Counted from the stretch's first letter, positions 26,711 to 41,125 are shown. The stretch: DNA of 64,000 nucleotides from Octopus vulgaris (GCA_951406725.2 OX597823.1:85994001-86058000); one strand, 5' to 3'. Notes: generated from the letters alone by a model not told the origin. Made by a program: numbers and translations.

Positions 26711-28029
26711 TAATTTTAGTTAGAAAACAATACCAATTCGGACTCAACTACATTGTAATATCAAGAAATAAAATGGTTTTCTTTTCTTTCTTTTTTTGTT
26801 TGTTTGTTTTGTCTTGTGATACTTCATTCTCATTTAATTCTATGTTTAAAAGCCAAGCAGAAAAACAACTTTCTCGCGAAAAACCCAGGAGGAAACGTCT
26901 GTGTTCATTACGTAGAAGAATGTGGAATGACTTCTGAGAATTTGAAGTAAATTAATAAAAATCAAACGGACGCCTCTTTAGAAGTCTATTATAAACGCGT
27001 TTCTTAATACAATTTGTTTTCATCGTTGTTTGCATTGTTTATTCTAATACATTTGTTGTTGTATATTAAATGAGTTAGATCTTCCTGAAATAAACAGCAT
27101 AGATACAAAGATTGCTTCTCAAGTGATGTTCGTGAAATAAATGAAATAAAATAATTAAAGTGTGTATTCGTTATTGTTATTTTTACGTTTGAATTTGTTT
27201 ATATCTTTTGAACATGTTCAAAAGACTATTTCAATATAATATTGTTATACATTGTACAAATAAAACCTCGTTAAAGAATACGAAATAAAACAGAATTCCT
27301 GGTCATCTTCAGATCCAAGCTTTTCTAATAAATGGTTTGTTTGTTATAGTAGACATTGGAAGCTTTCACACCGTATCCTGTGTTGGTATGACAGCTTATT
27401 GTTGAGGTATATTTATTTTACACTATTGTTTTACCTTTTTATTCTTGACATCAACTTTGCTTTTAATCGATTTTGAATGAAACAACGCTGAGGATATATA
27501 CTTCAGGTGTACTTAATTGTCGAAGTTTGGTACTTATTCTATTTTGTTTCTTTTGCCGAACCACTAAGTTACAGGGACGTAAAATAAAATACAAATGTAG
27601 TTGTCAAGCGTTGGTGGAGAACAAGCACAAATATACAAATATGCATACACAGACACACACACATACACACATACACAATCAAAGTTAGACATGTAATGTG
27701 GATGTGTGTTGCTAAATGCTTTTAGGCTGCGGCATTTCGTCCAGACTAGATCCTTTAAAAGAAGTAGAGTGTTAAAAAGAAACACCGTATACATCAAACC
27801 TAGGCGAAATGAAGCATCCTAGAGATGAACGGGAACGATAGATATTCGCAGTTATTTCTGCTCAACGGTGCCGTATATTCGATTCCTGCACGAAACTAAT
27901 TCGAATCGCTGGTCTGAAGAATACACAGATGTCGTAGGATCTATCTGCTGATGTGCAAAGGCGCCGCACAAGTAAAACAAAATTCAAATATTGTGTCAGG
28001 AACATATCTATAATGCAAACATTATCAAT

Positions 28030-28200
28030 GTCACATACTTAATGCGATATTGGTAATTTCATCTGTTTCAAAAACTACAATAGCTACATCTGAAAGGAAA
28101 TTTAAGCTGCTAAAAGGTCAAACATCGAGAACTGAATAAGAATATCGATCATGAATGCAGTTTAGCATGATAACAGAAAAGGAAAAGTGATTGGCTTTTC
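28030..28200 (+). pseudogene. Possible hAT transposase C-terminal (dimerization domain) relic
   Basis: Translates in part to TIATSERKFKLLK, resembling P-T-A-SERSFS-LK. Highly decayed. Confidence 0.3.
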
Positions 28201-28426
28201 AGAATGAAGCATATTCAATTAATTAAAATATCTCTCTTTTTCTTTCACTTTTCCTCCCTCTCTCTCTCATTCTCGCCTTCTATCTCTCTCTCCCTTCTCT
28301 TTCTTTCTCTTTGCATAGATATGTATGTATATGCGTGTATGCATATAAGTGTATGTGTACATATACGTACATACATATAACTTTATGTATGTATGTATGT
28401 ATATATATATATATATATGTTATATA

Positions 28427-28489
<63 letters not shown>

Positions 28490-28524
28490 GTATATGTGTA
28501 TATGTATACATATTCCTTGTTCTT

Positions 28525-28730
28525 TTTTTGTTCTTTTATTTGTTTCACTCATTTGACTGCGGGCATGCCTTTAGTCGAATTAAACAACCCTAGGTCTTAT
28601 TCTTTGGAAGGCTAGTACTTATTCTATCGGTCTCTATTGCCAAACCGCTAAGTTACAGGGATATAAACACACCAGCATCTGTTGTCAAGCGATGATGGGG
28701 GGACAAACACAGACACACAAACATATACAT

Positions 28731-28768
<38 letters not shown>

Positions 28769-28912
28769 GTATACGACGGGTTTCTTTCAGTTTCCATCTA
28801 CCAATTGCACTTACAAGGCTTTGGTCGGTCCGAGGCTATAGCAGAAGACACTTGCCCATGGTGCCACGCAGAGAGACTAAACTCGGAACCATGTGATTTT
28901 TTCAGCAAGTTA
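28525..28912 (-). mobile_element. SINE family A
   Basis: Near-full reverse-complement match with internal (CA)n. Confidence 0.85.
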
Positions 28913-29174
28913 CATACACACACTCGCACACACACATATACATACATACATACATACATACATACATACATACACAACCGAACATACATACATAACCTAA
29001 CATTTTGCAAAGAAGGGTTATTGTCTAGACATTGTTTTAATATACAAGACGATTGCTGACCTGTTCAATGATTAAAGTTGACATTTCAATCAATTAGTTC
29101 CAGGTTCTCGGATATTTGCTATAATCAATAATACATATAATAACCTATTTCGTTTTATAGCAAATAATAATAAT

Positions 29175-29370
29175 AGTTCTAAATTTTTCCACAAGGGCAG
29201 CAATTTGGGGGAAGGGGTTAAGTCGATTACATCGACCCCAGTGTACAACTGGTGCATATTTTATCGACCCCGAATGATGAAAGCCAAAGCTGATCTCGGC
29301 GGAATTTTTATTCAGAGCGTAGCGGCAGACGAAATACAACTAAGCATTTCGCCCGGCGTGCTAACGATTC

Positions 29371-29374
<4 letters not shown>
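29175..29374 (-). mobile_element. SINE family B
   Basis: Reverse-complement match. Confidence 0.8.
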
Positions 29375-29440
<66 letters not shown>

Positions 29441-29519
29441 GTATGTATATATGTCCGTGTTTTTTGTATCGTCTTCTAAATGTTTCACGTTCTTGTCCCA
29501 GTTTGTATTTTATTACATT

Positions 29520-29575
<56 letters not shown>

Positions 29576-29915
29576 TATTCTATCAGTAATTAAAAACAGA
29601 ACAAAGTGAATTGGTTCTTTCCAAGGCCAAGGTAACCGCTCTCAATGATCGCTAGTAATAGTAAACAGATCCGACCTCTGCTAACCGCAAGGGTGTGACG
29701 CCTCTTTTGTGTCCGGATCGTACAGGAATGCGAAGCCCCATTGATGATCTCTATCTCACCATCTGCCGAACCATTTTACAGAACTTTGGAATTTAGTTTA
29801 TACACCTAGTTGCTTTTCTTTCTCCTACTATTTCCTCCAACCCTCACATATTTATGACTATCTGAAGTATAAGACAAAAGTCGAAACTAAACGACATTTA
29901 ATAATGATTATTATA

Positions 29916-30308
29916 GGCGCAGGAGTGGCTGTGTGGTAAGTAGCTTGCTTACCAACCACATGGTTCTGGGTTCGATCCCACAGCGTGGCACCTTTGGCAA
30001 GTGTCTTCCGCTATAGTCTCGGGCCGACCAAAGGCTTGATAGTCGGAAACTGAAAGAAGCCCGTCGTATATATGCATATATATACATGTATATGTGTATG
30101 TTTGTGTTTGTGTGTGTTTGTCCCCCCAACATCGCTTGACAACCGATGCTGATGTGTTTACGTCCTCGTAACTTAGCGGTTCGGCAAAACAGACCGATAG
30201 AATAAGTACTAGGCTTACAAAGAATAAGTCCTGGGGTCGATTTGCTCGACTTAAAGCGGTGCTCCAGCATGGTCACAGTCAAAATGACTGAAACAAGCAA
30301 AAGAGTAA
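29916..30308 (+). mobile_element. SINE family A, near-complete
   Basis: GGCGCAGGAGTGGCTGTGTGG...CAGTCAAAATGACTGAAACAAG. Confidence 0.92.
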
Positions 30309-30351
30309 ATACCACACAGTAGTTGGAGCAAAGACTCCATTTAAGGCGGTT

Positions 30352-30612
30352 AAAATACCAGTGATTGTAGGGCCACTTGGAATGATTAAAATAGAAACTG
30401 AAAAGTATTTAAGAATGATCCCTGAATTACCTATTTCTTTATTACCCACAAGGAGCTAAACACAGAGGGGACAAACAAGGACAGACATAGGTATTAAGTC
30501 GATTACATCGACCCCAGTGCGTAACTGGTACTTAATTTATCGACCCCAAAAGGATGAAAGGCAAAGTCGACCTCGGTATCTATGCAGGAAGTTCAAAAGA
30601 TTGTATTGAGAA
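30352..30612 (+). mobile_element. R4/Dong-like C-terminal fragment interrupted by a SINE B unit (30431-30577, minus)
   Basis: IPVIVGPLGMIKIETEKYLRMIPELP, then the SINE, then SMQEVQKIVL. Confidence 0.6.
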
Positions 30613-31314
30613 GAGTATGTTCGCTGTGAATTTTCTTTCCCTTTTTGCTCTTTATTTTTTTGTTTACATTTATATCTTATATTTTTTCTATTTTCACTTT
30701 GTCTTTCTTTCCCTTTTTTTCTATCATATGACTTTGTAAATGAACAATCTGGTGTGATTGTTTTAATGGCCTACAAATGTATACAGTGCTCAGGAAGGCA
30801 CCCGGTAAGAAAAGGAAACGGAATTGAAAGCTGATAATGAAAGTGATAATAATAATGATAATTAACGGAATCAAAGACAAAAACCGAGCAAAATAACAGC
30901 TGACGGATAATCATAAAAACTGTTAAATAATTCATTTAAGAGTTACATACATACACACACGTACTATGCAACACCCCTCCCAAAACATACAAGAATAAAC
31001 TTAAACTGTAAATATCCAACAAAATGAACAAAACCCACATGTGTCATAGAAGGCCGATGCCCGACAGAAGAACACAACCTGCACTACACAAACGACACGC
31101 AATATAAAAACTAATACAACAGAAGATTCAAACAGAACCCCATAGCAAAATGTACAGATATCGTACAATAACACCACCAAAAAATGCAACACACCCCACC
31201 CTACCGGAACAAAGGTGCATTAAATGATGCAGTAGGAAGTTACTTGAAACGTTCAGATGTCGAAAAATAATAGTGGTGGTGACGAAAAACAACAACAACA
31301 ACAATAATAATCAT

Positions 31315-31712
31315 CCTTTTAAATTGGGCACAAGGCCTTAAATTTGGTGGGAGGATGACTAGTATATAATTTATCGACTCCGAAAGGACGAAAGGCAATG
31401 TCCACCTCGGCGAAATTTTAACTCAGAACGTAAACAGAGACGAAATGCCTCTAAGCATTTTGATTGGTGTTCTAACGATTCTGCCTGTTAGACGCCCAAT
31501 GGTTTAAAATTTTGGCCCACGAACAGCAATTTTGGGGGAAGGATAAATCAGTTACATCGATCCCTGTGCGTAACTGGTACTTATTTCATCGACCCCCGAA
31601 AGGATGAAAGGCAAAGTGGACCTTGGCGGAACTTGAACTCAGAACATAAGGACGGGCGAAATACCGCTTAGCATTTTTTGTGGCTTCCTGAATATTCTAC
31701 AAGCTCGCCACC
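31315..31712 (-). mobile_element. Two tandem older SINE family B copies
   Basis: Reverse-complement matches. Confidence 0.75.
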
Positions 31713-32736
31713 CTGACATTTAAATACATAAAGGGAAAAAACGGGTATCTAATCAGCTACTCTACTAAACCTGCTTCTCTTTCTTTTCACAGACATATAC
31801 ATTCTTTCACTTATACAATTAAACAAAATATGGCTATTACCTTAATTTTAATTACGAAAGAAATCAATGAATAAGACTTTTACTTGTCATATAATATTTC
31901 GCTGTGTGTCTTACATGTAACATATCTCGAACATTATAGAGCGATGTCAACTAAGGCTTTCTTTTTTGCTGTAATGATATAACAGAAGATAATGTGTAGA
32001 CCTTTGTCACTAACTCTGGTAAGTAGCATTAGTTACACAGGTGCCAGCTTGAAATCATTATATGTAAAGAGGTCAGTGTTTCTTCACCAGCGACGAATCG
32101 TCCATTTAAATTTGAATATAATTACAATGTGTTCAAAATGAAATTATTGATTTTGGTTGTAAAACAATAAAAATGCAAAGCAAAATCGATTAGCAGATTA
32201 TTTTAATACTCCCTACATGAGAAATATTTTAATACTTATATTAATTATTGTCCTGCTAGTTTATATATATTTGTTTTTGCAATAATGAGACGTTTCTGCT
32301 TCACGTATTCTTTAAACAATTAACTATTTATTCACTAACATAGATGCAGTCTTACAAATTTAACCGAGAGATTCCTCTATCGCAACGATTACCTGTGTAG
32401 TTAAGGCTATACTTCGATGATGAGGTTATAAAAAGAATGAAACATGTAAGAAGTTATCTTTCGTACTTACCGAAACAAGTAGATAATATCAGGCAATAAC
32501 AAATACTTTTTTGATATATTTTCCCAAATTAATGTTCTGTAGTTGGGCTTTTGATATTCCCTGCATTAAATATGTTACCCAAGTAACTTAATTTTTTAAT
32601 TTCTACTTTGATTAAATTAATCAACACAACCATAATAGTCCGCGTGGCTTTTGGAAAGGCATTATGTATCAGGGTTTAGTAACAGTCAACGGATAAGCAT
32701 AGCCTGCTGTCTTCAGAAAGAGAACACACAAGAATC

Positions 32737-32995
32737 TAGTAGTTCTCAACCACTTTTTGCCTATGGGTCCCTATGATTCGTATTTTAACTGAGGGTGGGA
32801 GAAACCCTCATAACGATTCAAGGTCTAGAATCTCTTAATGCATTTCTATGATTAAATATTATTAGGAATTGTATTTTAAAAAAAGTTTAAATATTTTATG
32901 TATTGTAGAGAGATAGCCTGTTTATTTCACATAAATTTTAACAAGATCCTATATGAACTCCCAAGAGCCGTATGATACCCGGTTGAGAACAACTG
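32737..32995. mobile_element. hAT (Charlie-like) MITE
   Basis: TIRs TAGTAGTTCTCAACC and GGTTGAGAACAACTG, resembling CAGTGGTTCTCAACC. The 8-bp TSD is not evident. Confidence 0.6.
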
Positions 32996-33064
32996 CACTC
33001 GACGAAGTCTTAAAGGCACTACGACTATTTGTTGTTGTTTATTTTTTAATTTTTATTTTTTATG

Positions 33065-33335
33065 CGCCCATTTTCAAGCGTAGCCAGGCTCATGGGCCCG
33101 GTTTCTATGGCGTATGTGTACCCCCCAGCTGGACGGGACACCAGTCCATCGCAGCGTTACTCAAGAGACAGGAAGAAAGAGTGAGAGAAATTTGGGGCGA
33201 AAGAGTACAACAGAGGAGCCTCGTGGAGCTTTAGGTATTTTCGCGCAATAAACGCACAAAACGCCAGGTCTGGGAATCGAAACTGCGATCCTCCGACCGC
33301 AAGTCCGCTGCCCTAACCACTGGGCCATTGCACCT
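33065..33335 (-). mobile_element. SINE family C, complete
   Basis: A-box TGGCCCAGTGG, B-box GTTTCGATTCC, tail ctgcgatggactggtgtcccgtccag, A-rich end. Confidence 0.85.
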
Positions 33336-33434
33336 CTACTGTTGGTTATTTCAACGGCTCTCAAATAATTTCCGTTCTGTCGCCAGCACTCAAATCCACG
33401 TATCAAAAGTTTATTTCATTCTGTTATTCCGGTT

Positions 33435-33650
33435 TAAGGTGGTGGGCTGGCAGAAATTTTTGCACGCCGGGCGAAATGCTTAGCGGTACTTTGTCTACCT
33501 TTACGTTCTGACTTCAAATTCCACCGGGGTCGACTTTTGCCTTTCATCCTTTCAGGGTCGATATATTAAGTACCAGTTGTATAGTGAAATCGATCTAATC
33601 GACTTGCACCCTCCCAAAAATATCGGGCCTTGTACCTTGAGTAGAAAAGA
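33435..33650 (+). mobile_element. SINE family B (tail2), followed by a SINE A head fragment
   Basis: Flanked by the direct repeat attctgttattccggttt (about 33418 and 33650), a likely TSD. Confidence 0.85.
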
Positions 33651-33773
33651 TTCTGTTATTCCGGTTTCAGTCCAACTGCGTGGCCCCTTGGGTAAGTCTT
33701 TTCTACTTTAGCATGGGGCTGACCAAAGACTTGTGAGTGGATTTGGTAGATGGAAAATGAAAGAACCCCCGTG

Positions 33774-33905
<132 letters not shown>

Positions 33906-34626
33906 TATACTTATGGATGTATATGTATATATACATATATATATATACATACATACAAATATATATATATATAGACGTCATAAATAAATGGAGACTATTT
34001 ATTTCAATGCTGTAGGAGAGAGGTAGAGAGAGAGAGAGAGTAATGAAAATAACTCATATTACAAACGTCCTTCTTTAAATCTACTGCGAAGAATATTTTG
34101 ATCACAACGTATTCCAACACGTGCCGTACCATAATTACAAATATTTATACCAGGAGAAGAAGCTAACCAAAAGAAGAAATATCGAGTTGTGAGCGAACGT
34201 ACTAGATATATGATAGCAATTACGTTTCTGATTTTGAAAAGAAAAAAACATCTTAAAAGCTGTTGCGGTTAATCTTCAAATTTTAATATCTCAATTTTCT
34301 TTTTGTTTTTACTATTACCATTAGTTCTAAGGTATCATTTTGTTTTGTGTTATTGATACATATTTAAAGAAATAAATTATTTCAAATATATATATTTGCT
34401 TTTGTTATTCTTTTTCCATATATGTTTTGAGAGGTAAGTATTATTTGTATAACAATCTATATTCTATGTATTCTATATATGTGGTTTTGATTTTACGTAT
34501 AACTCTTTGTTTTGATATGTTCAGTAGAATAAAGATAAGGGGAGAGAGAGAGAAAGGAAGAGGATAAAAGAGAGAGAGGGGGATGTGAGAAAAACTTATT
34601 CGTAAATATACGTATATTTATGTTTG

Positions 34627-34705
<79 letters not shown>

Positions 34706-34775
34706 GTGTGTATAAGAGTAAATATTTGTGTGTATGTTGATGCAAACAGGAAACTACAACTAATGACATGAATAC

Positions 34776-34814
<39 letters not shown>

Positions 34815-34928
34815 CATAAATAAATACACATATACATATACATATATATATATATATATATATATTGATAATTGGCAGAAGTTATTGTGACTCAAGGGTC
34901 GAGAGTTCCGTGTATTGGTACGAATCAA

Positions 34929-34968
<40 letters not shown>

Positions 34969-35506
34969 TTAATTATAAATAAATAAATGAAAGTAATAAG
35001 TATATATGTATGTATTTATGTATGTATTATGCACCTGTGCGCATGTATCGACATACGAACGAGCAAATAGATAAAGGTAGTTGTAATTTAATATGTACAA
35101 ACGCCTTTCTATATAAAAACATGCAAATGTATATATATCAGGAATTTAGAATAAGTACGTAAAATCTACAAAAACATTCGGTATTTTAATACATGGACAG
35201 AAATACGTTGGCATCTGTATCTTTTACAGATTGCAAAAGCAAAAGAATCATCTACCCCTTTTAATTTTCAAATTATGCAGTTATCTCAGGAAAGGTCTTG
35301 GCAAAATATTTAGTCTAGTGTTTAAGTAGAGAGATAAGGTTGTTACAACTTATGACAAGATATATACGTCAGCGGGGATCATATGGTACTTGCGGAGTCC
35401 ACGTAAGATTTCCTTGTTAAAATTTATGCGTATTAAACGGGTTGTATTTCTATCATAAACAAAATATTTTAACAATTTTTTGATAGAATTCTTGAAAATA
35501 TTTAAT

Positions 35507-35708
35507 CAGGAGTGGCTCTGTGGTAAGTAGCTTGCTTGCCAACTACATGATTCCGGATTCAGTCCCACCGCATGGCGCCGTGAGTAAGTGTCTTCTACTG
35601 AAATCTCGGGCCGACCAAAGCCTTGTGAGTGGATTTCGTAGGCGGAAACTGAAGGAAGCCGGTCGTAAATATATATATATACGACGGGCATATATATATA
35701 TATATATG

Positions 35709-35741
<33 letters not shown>

Positions 35742-35955
35742 TTTGTTTCTCTGTGTTTGTTACCCCACCATCGCTTGACATCCGATGGTGGTGTGTTTAC
35801 GTTGCCTTAACTTAGCGGTTCGGCGAAAGAGACCGATAGAACAATTACTAGGCTTACAAAGAATAAGTCTTGTGGTCGATTCGTTCGATTAAAGGCGGTG
35901 CTCCGCCATGGCCGCTGTCAAATGACTGAAACAAATAAAAGAATAAAAGAATAAA
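35507..35955 (+). mobile_element. SINE family A, complete
   Basis: Full match, with a small internal duplication around the microsatellite. Confidence 0.9.
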
Positions 35956-36261
35956 CGAATTGGCTTTTGGTGCAAAATGCAATCTTCTTTATCCCGCTCT
36001 CGGGGAAATAAATCCCCGCCATCTCCAGCGCCGAGACCATGAGATCACATCAATTTGACCTTTCTTGGTCTTTGAATGATGGGCGCTCGACAGCTAGAGA
36101 TAGCAGCTACTCATCTCTCCGCCAACGATGTATAGAGAAACAGTGCCAGGACAGGCGCTGCTGTCGTGATTAGCCACCAAACTGATATAGAGAGATATAT
36201 GCCAATGATAAGCTTAGAAGAAGGATGTATGCATTGAGCATAATAGAAATGAGTAGAGTCG

Positions 36262-36489
36262 AGCGAGCTGGCAGAAACGTTAGCACACAGGGCGAAATGC
36301 TTAGCAGAATTCCGACTGCCGTTACGTTCTGAGTTCAAATTCCGCCGATGTCGACTTTGACTTTCATCATTTCGGGGTCGATAAATTAAGTACTTGTTTT
36401 GCACTGGGGTCGATATAATCAACTTAATCCCTTTGTCTGTCCCTGTTTGTCCTCTCTATGTTTAACCCCTTTTTGGCAATAAAGAAATA
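36262..36489 (+). mobile_element. SINE family B with a 17-bp TSD
   Basis: AGAAATGAGTAGAGTCG at 36245-36261 and 36490-36506. Confidence 0.92.
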
Positions 36490-37004
36490 AGAAATGAGTA
36501 GAGTCGGTTGTTGTGGCGATAGAGAAGAAACTTTGAGTACATGACAATGGGAAAGTGCCTGAATTAAGTCTCTCTGTCTTTCTCTCACTGTGTGTGTGTG
36601 TGTGTCTGTGTGTGTTAAGGTGTATGTGTTAGTGTGTGAAGGTTTGTTGGTCAGGAATCAAAATTTATTATGAAATTAAATACGAAATTCAAACAGCGCG
36701 GTAAGTCACATTATAAACAATTATTCCCTATGTACGTATATGATAACGCGATTATCAATTAATTTAACATAAACTAATGAATTTGATACCATGATTGTAT
36801 TGTAATATAGGTGTGATAATTAACAATATGATCGTCAACATGACATGTTTAATTAGCACCGATCTACTTAAATATGTCTCTCAAATTGGTGAGATTTAAA
36901 ATGATATGACAAACCGTAAATTTATGTTGCGAATCGATTCAGGAAATCGCCGATCAAAATTGGACCGTCGGTGGTGGTGATGGGCATATATTTCTTTTGT
37001 TATC

Positions 37005-37595
37005 TTTTATCTTTTATTTGTTTCGGCCATTGGACTATGGCCAAGATGGGGCACCGTTTGAAGGGTTTTAGTGGAACATATCGACTCCCGTACCTTTTTT
37101 TTTTAGTTTGGTACTTATTCTATCGGATTCTTTTGCTGAACCACTAAGTTGCAGGGACGTAAACGAGCCACCTCTAACTGAAAATCGGTGGACCAGTCGA
37201 TTTGATATGCAACTAGTACTTAATTTACCGACTCCGAAAGGATGAAAGGCAAAGTCGACCTCGGCGGAATTTGAATTTAGAAAGTAAAGACACACGAAAT
37301 ACCTATTTCTTTATTACCCACAAGGGGCTAAACATAGAGGGGACAAACAAGGACAAACATAGGTATTAAGTCGATTATATCGACTCCAGTGCGTAACTGG
37401 TACTTAATTTATCGACCCCGAAAGGATGAAAGGCAACGTCGACCTCGGCGGAATTTGAACTCACATGAGTAGAGTCGGTTGTTGTGGCGATAGAGAAGAA
37501 ACTTTGAGTACATGACAATGGGAAAGTGCCTGAATTAAGTCAGACGAAATACAGACGAAATACAGCTAAGCATTTCGCCCGGCGTGCTAACGTTT
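37005..37595 (-). mobile_element. SINE A tail fragment plus a SINE B dimer carrying a templated insertion
   Basis: Family A 3' part at 37005-37165; family B units at 37190-37595 with the concatemer junction at about 37300. Confidence 0.8.
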
Positions 37596-38474
37596 TTACG
37601 CAAACATATATTAAAATACGTATACAACACATACAAGCACAGAGATGCTACTGTTTCACAAAGACTAAGTAACTATTAGAATCTTGCCAGCTCTATTTTC
37701 CTAACTAGTAATTCACATAACGTAGACAGAGATACATATTATCCATTTTTAATATTTCGTTCATTGTAGGTCTTCAGTCTTCCATCATCTTGAAAAACGA
37801 ATGAAAGAAGAAATGTATTAACGTTGTAATATCTTTCATACCTCAGTATCTAATCATTTTATAGAAAATAATACTCAAGAATTCTTTTATATCTGATATT
37901 TAAATAAATAAAAAAAAAAGTTATTTTGCAAGGGTGCATTTCAATGGTTTGTTTCTTGCGTTCATATCATTTCTGAATACATTACTTGTATAAGTGAAGT
38001 GAACTTGTTCCTCACCGTACTGCGCTCAATATTTTAACTACAGCGTTATATAATAGGTTTGTTTGCTGATGTAGATCGCATTTCTTCACTTCTCCTTCAG
38101 CTGGTTTCAAATACTCCACGGAACAATGGAACGTAATATGACCGACACACCTAGCCGTCAATTGAGAACAGTAATTTTTAATGAGTATTTAAAGAAATAT
38201 ATTATCGTTCTTGATATATCCATACTTGTGTTGGCTTGTTTGTTTGTTTGTTGGTTTGTTTGTTTTTTTTTTTATTCAATTTTAGTTCGACTCTTTGTTC
38301 GTGTGCATTCGTGGGTCTTTAGACGTGAATGCGTGTGTTTTGGGTGTGTAATTGACACTTAAGAAAACCTCGTGTTTTGAGATGAAGGTTTGACATGATG
38401 GTTTCGGTGAATTTGCAGACGATACATAAAGATTTTTATTACAAAAACAAAAAGACAAGAAATGTTATTAAATT

Positions 38475-38797
38475 GGTTTCAATTTCTGACACATGGCCAG
38501 CAGGTTCGAAGGAGGGGAAAGTCGATTACAACGCCCCCTTTTTTCAACTGGTACTTATTTTATCTATTTCTTTACTACCCACAAGGAGCTAAACACAGAG
38601 AGAACAAACAAGGACAGACAAACGGATTAAGTCGATTATATCGACCCTAGTGCATAAATTGTACTTAATTTATCGACCTCAAAAGGATGAAAGGCAAAGT
38701 CGACCTCGCCGAAATTTGAACTCAGAACGTAACGGCAGACGAAATACGGCTACGCATTTCGCCCGGCGTGCTAACGTTTCTGTCAGCTCGCCGCCTT
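38475..38797 (-). mobile_element. SINE family B (tail1) joined to an older B fragment
   Basis: Reverse-complement match. Confidence 0.85.
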
Positions 38798-39149
38798 TTG
38801 TGTGTGTGTATATATCCATGCTTATATGTGTATGTGTCTATGCATATAGAGAAGTATGAAAAGAGAGAAGTAAGTGAGAGAGGGGAGGAAGGGAGGGAGA
38901 GAGAGGGGGAGAAGGAGACGTAGAAATGCGGCTTTAAGAGATCAGTAAAACAGGAAGTGAAGCGAAAGTCATAAGGCAAGTATTTGCTAATGAATCAGTT
39001 ATTGCTGAGAATCGATTTCTTAGAAAGCTGCAATGTGTTGTTGCAGTGTAAATATGCAAGTATATGCAATAAAGCTGCACCTTATATTAATGCACTGTAG
39101 CATTTTAGCAAATATTATTAAATAATGAAATGGCAATATTAGGAAACTA

Positions 39150-39560
39150 AAAGGCGGTGAGCAGGCAGAATTGTTAAGCATGCCGGACAAAATGAGCTTG
39201 GCGGTATTTCGTCCGTCTTTACATTCTGAGTTCAAACTCCGCCGAGGATTTTTATCCTTCCGGAGTCGATGAAGTAAATACCAGTTGAGCACTCATTTAC
39301 CCCTTCCCCCAAACTTGCTCTCTTTGTGCCAAAATTTGAAATCAATATCATGAAATTATAAGGTGGAGAGCTGGCAGAATCTTTAACGTACCAGGCAAAA
39401 TGTTTAGCGGCATTTCGTCCGTATTTACGTTCTGAGTTCAAATCCCGCTAACGTCCGGTTTGCCTTTTATCCCTTTGGGGTCGATAAATTAAGTACCAGT
39501 TAAGTACTGGGGTCGATTTAATCGACTACCTCTTCCCCGGAATTGTTGGCTTCGTGCTAC
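39150..39560 (+). mobile_element. Two tandem SINE family B copies
   Basis: Heads at about 39151 and 39361. Confidence 0.8.
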
Positions 39561-39733
39561 AGTGTGAAACGACAATTTCAATAAACTATAGTTGTATAAC
39601 ACCACCTTCATAAATATTTTTAAGTATTCTGATATTTTTACAGAGGAAACCGCTCGAGCTGTTACGACAACAGTTGCAGCCTCCACTGCAGCAGCAGCAG
39701 TAACAGTTGCGGTAAAAGTGGGTGTAGAATCTA

Positions 39734-39948
39734 CGAAGGGTTGCTGAAAAGTTCCTTGCATTAAGGGTATCGCAAAAGGCCTGGTTGGAGGCCCAACTTT
39801 CTGAGTTCTTTTACAGGGCTTAGGAAAACTGAAGGACCACTGCAATAAGTGTGAATCTGAGATGGGGATATGTTGAATAAAGTCATAATTAACTGATTTT
39901 TTTCTATTTTCTTTTACTGAAAGCCGGGAAACTTTTAACACACCCTCG
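39734..39948 (+). mobile_element. Internally deleted mariner element (MITE)
   Basis: TA|CGAAGGGTTGCTGAAAAGTTCC...GGGAAACTTTTAACACACCCTCG|TA. The interior encodes a frameshifted mariner C-terminal relic (WLEAQLSEFF...CNKC...GYVE*). Confidence 0.8.
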
Positions 39949-40379
39949 TATGACTGCTTTAAGAAAAAATAAATGCCTTCTCTAATCGGCGAATGGAAGA
40001 AGTCGAGTCAAAAGCGAGGCATGTCTGCTGTCTCGATCTGCATCTGAAGGGTGGTATGTCATCTGCTTTTAGCCCAGACAATTCTTTTTGGCTGTTTGTT
40101 GCATTTTGTCCTTCCTCTAGCGGAAACTTGACTCTATCATTCATTATTTTTTTCTCTTCGGGAGATCTGAGAAAAACTAGAAACTCCCATAGTTATATTT
40201 ACCATATAAACTCCCATATATCCCAAAGAGTAAGAATTTTATATGAATTTATAGAAAATCTTAAATGCGAAAATTTTGCCGCTTAATGCACACACACTCC
40301 CATGTGTGTATGAATATATATGTATACATAATATATATTGCTTTCAAATTTTGGTACAACGCCAGTCATTTGGTGGGAC

Positions 40380-41125
40380 AGGGATAAGGTTATCTTTACG
40401 ATTCGTCTAAGGAGCTACTCTGTTTCATCAAAAGCTTTTTCTTTCCTTGTTATCATTCCAAGTGACACAGCTATATGTAAGAATGGGTTCCATAGATGCT
40501 GCAAGGACTTCTTTTTCTCACTCTTATTATGCGGTGAGCTTCAAGCCACTGCTACATCAGCAAGACTTTTCATGGGCATCTGTTACGAACTGGGATACGG
40601 AAGATCCCTTTCGGAATATGTGTATGGCGTTAAGATAACAGATCAAACACTACCGACGAGCTGTCCAAAACTATAAGGAGTCTAGTTCGGCCTGGATCTT
40701 TCAATGATCAGGAACTGAGATGATATTACGAGTAGAATTACTAGTCTTCCCGAGAAATGCAACCTGAAGATAGTATTTCTAATAGTTCGGGTAGACGTGG
40801 TCAGCCCTTACATCATCCCCCTTTTAATTTATCTCCCGAACGCCATGTTTTTGATTTTTTCTCTGAATGCATTAGAAAATCTGCTCTTGTGCTTGAGACA
40901 CGTTCCCTTTATCATCAGAAGATCTATTTCCTGATAACATCTACTGCAAGGAGTCAAGAAGCTTCATGCCATGGCTATTGTTGCTTCGATATGCATGGTA
41001 AAGCTGATGTGGTTTCTATTAGTAACAACAACATTGATGGTAGTCTCTCGTGGTCCGAGGAAGAGGCTTATGCAATTTCCTACATAAACGATTTGCTTAC
41101 AGTGATCGAATTGTTTTGCTGAGCC
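40380..41125. mobile_element. Highly decayed RTE-like LINE fragments
   Basis: Plus strand FHGHLLR; minus strand QIVYVGNCIS...IEATIAMA. Both resemble RT and post-RT motifs. Confidence 0.3.

Noticed and set aside
33265-33335. tRNA gene
   Set aside because: A and B boxes are present but continue directly into a SINE body; this is a tRNA-derived head.
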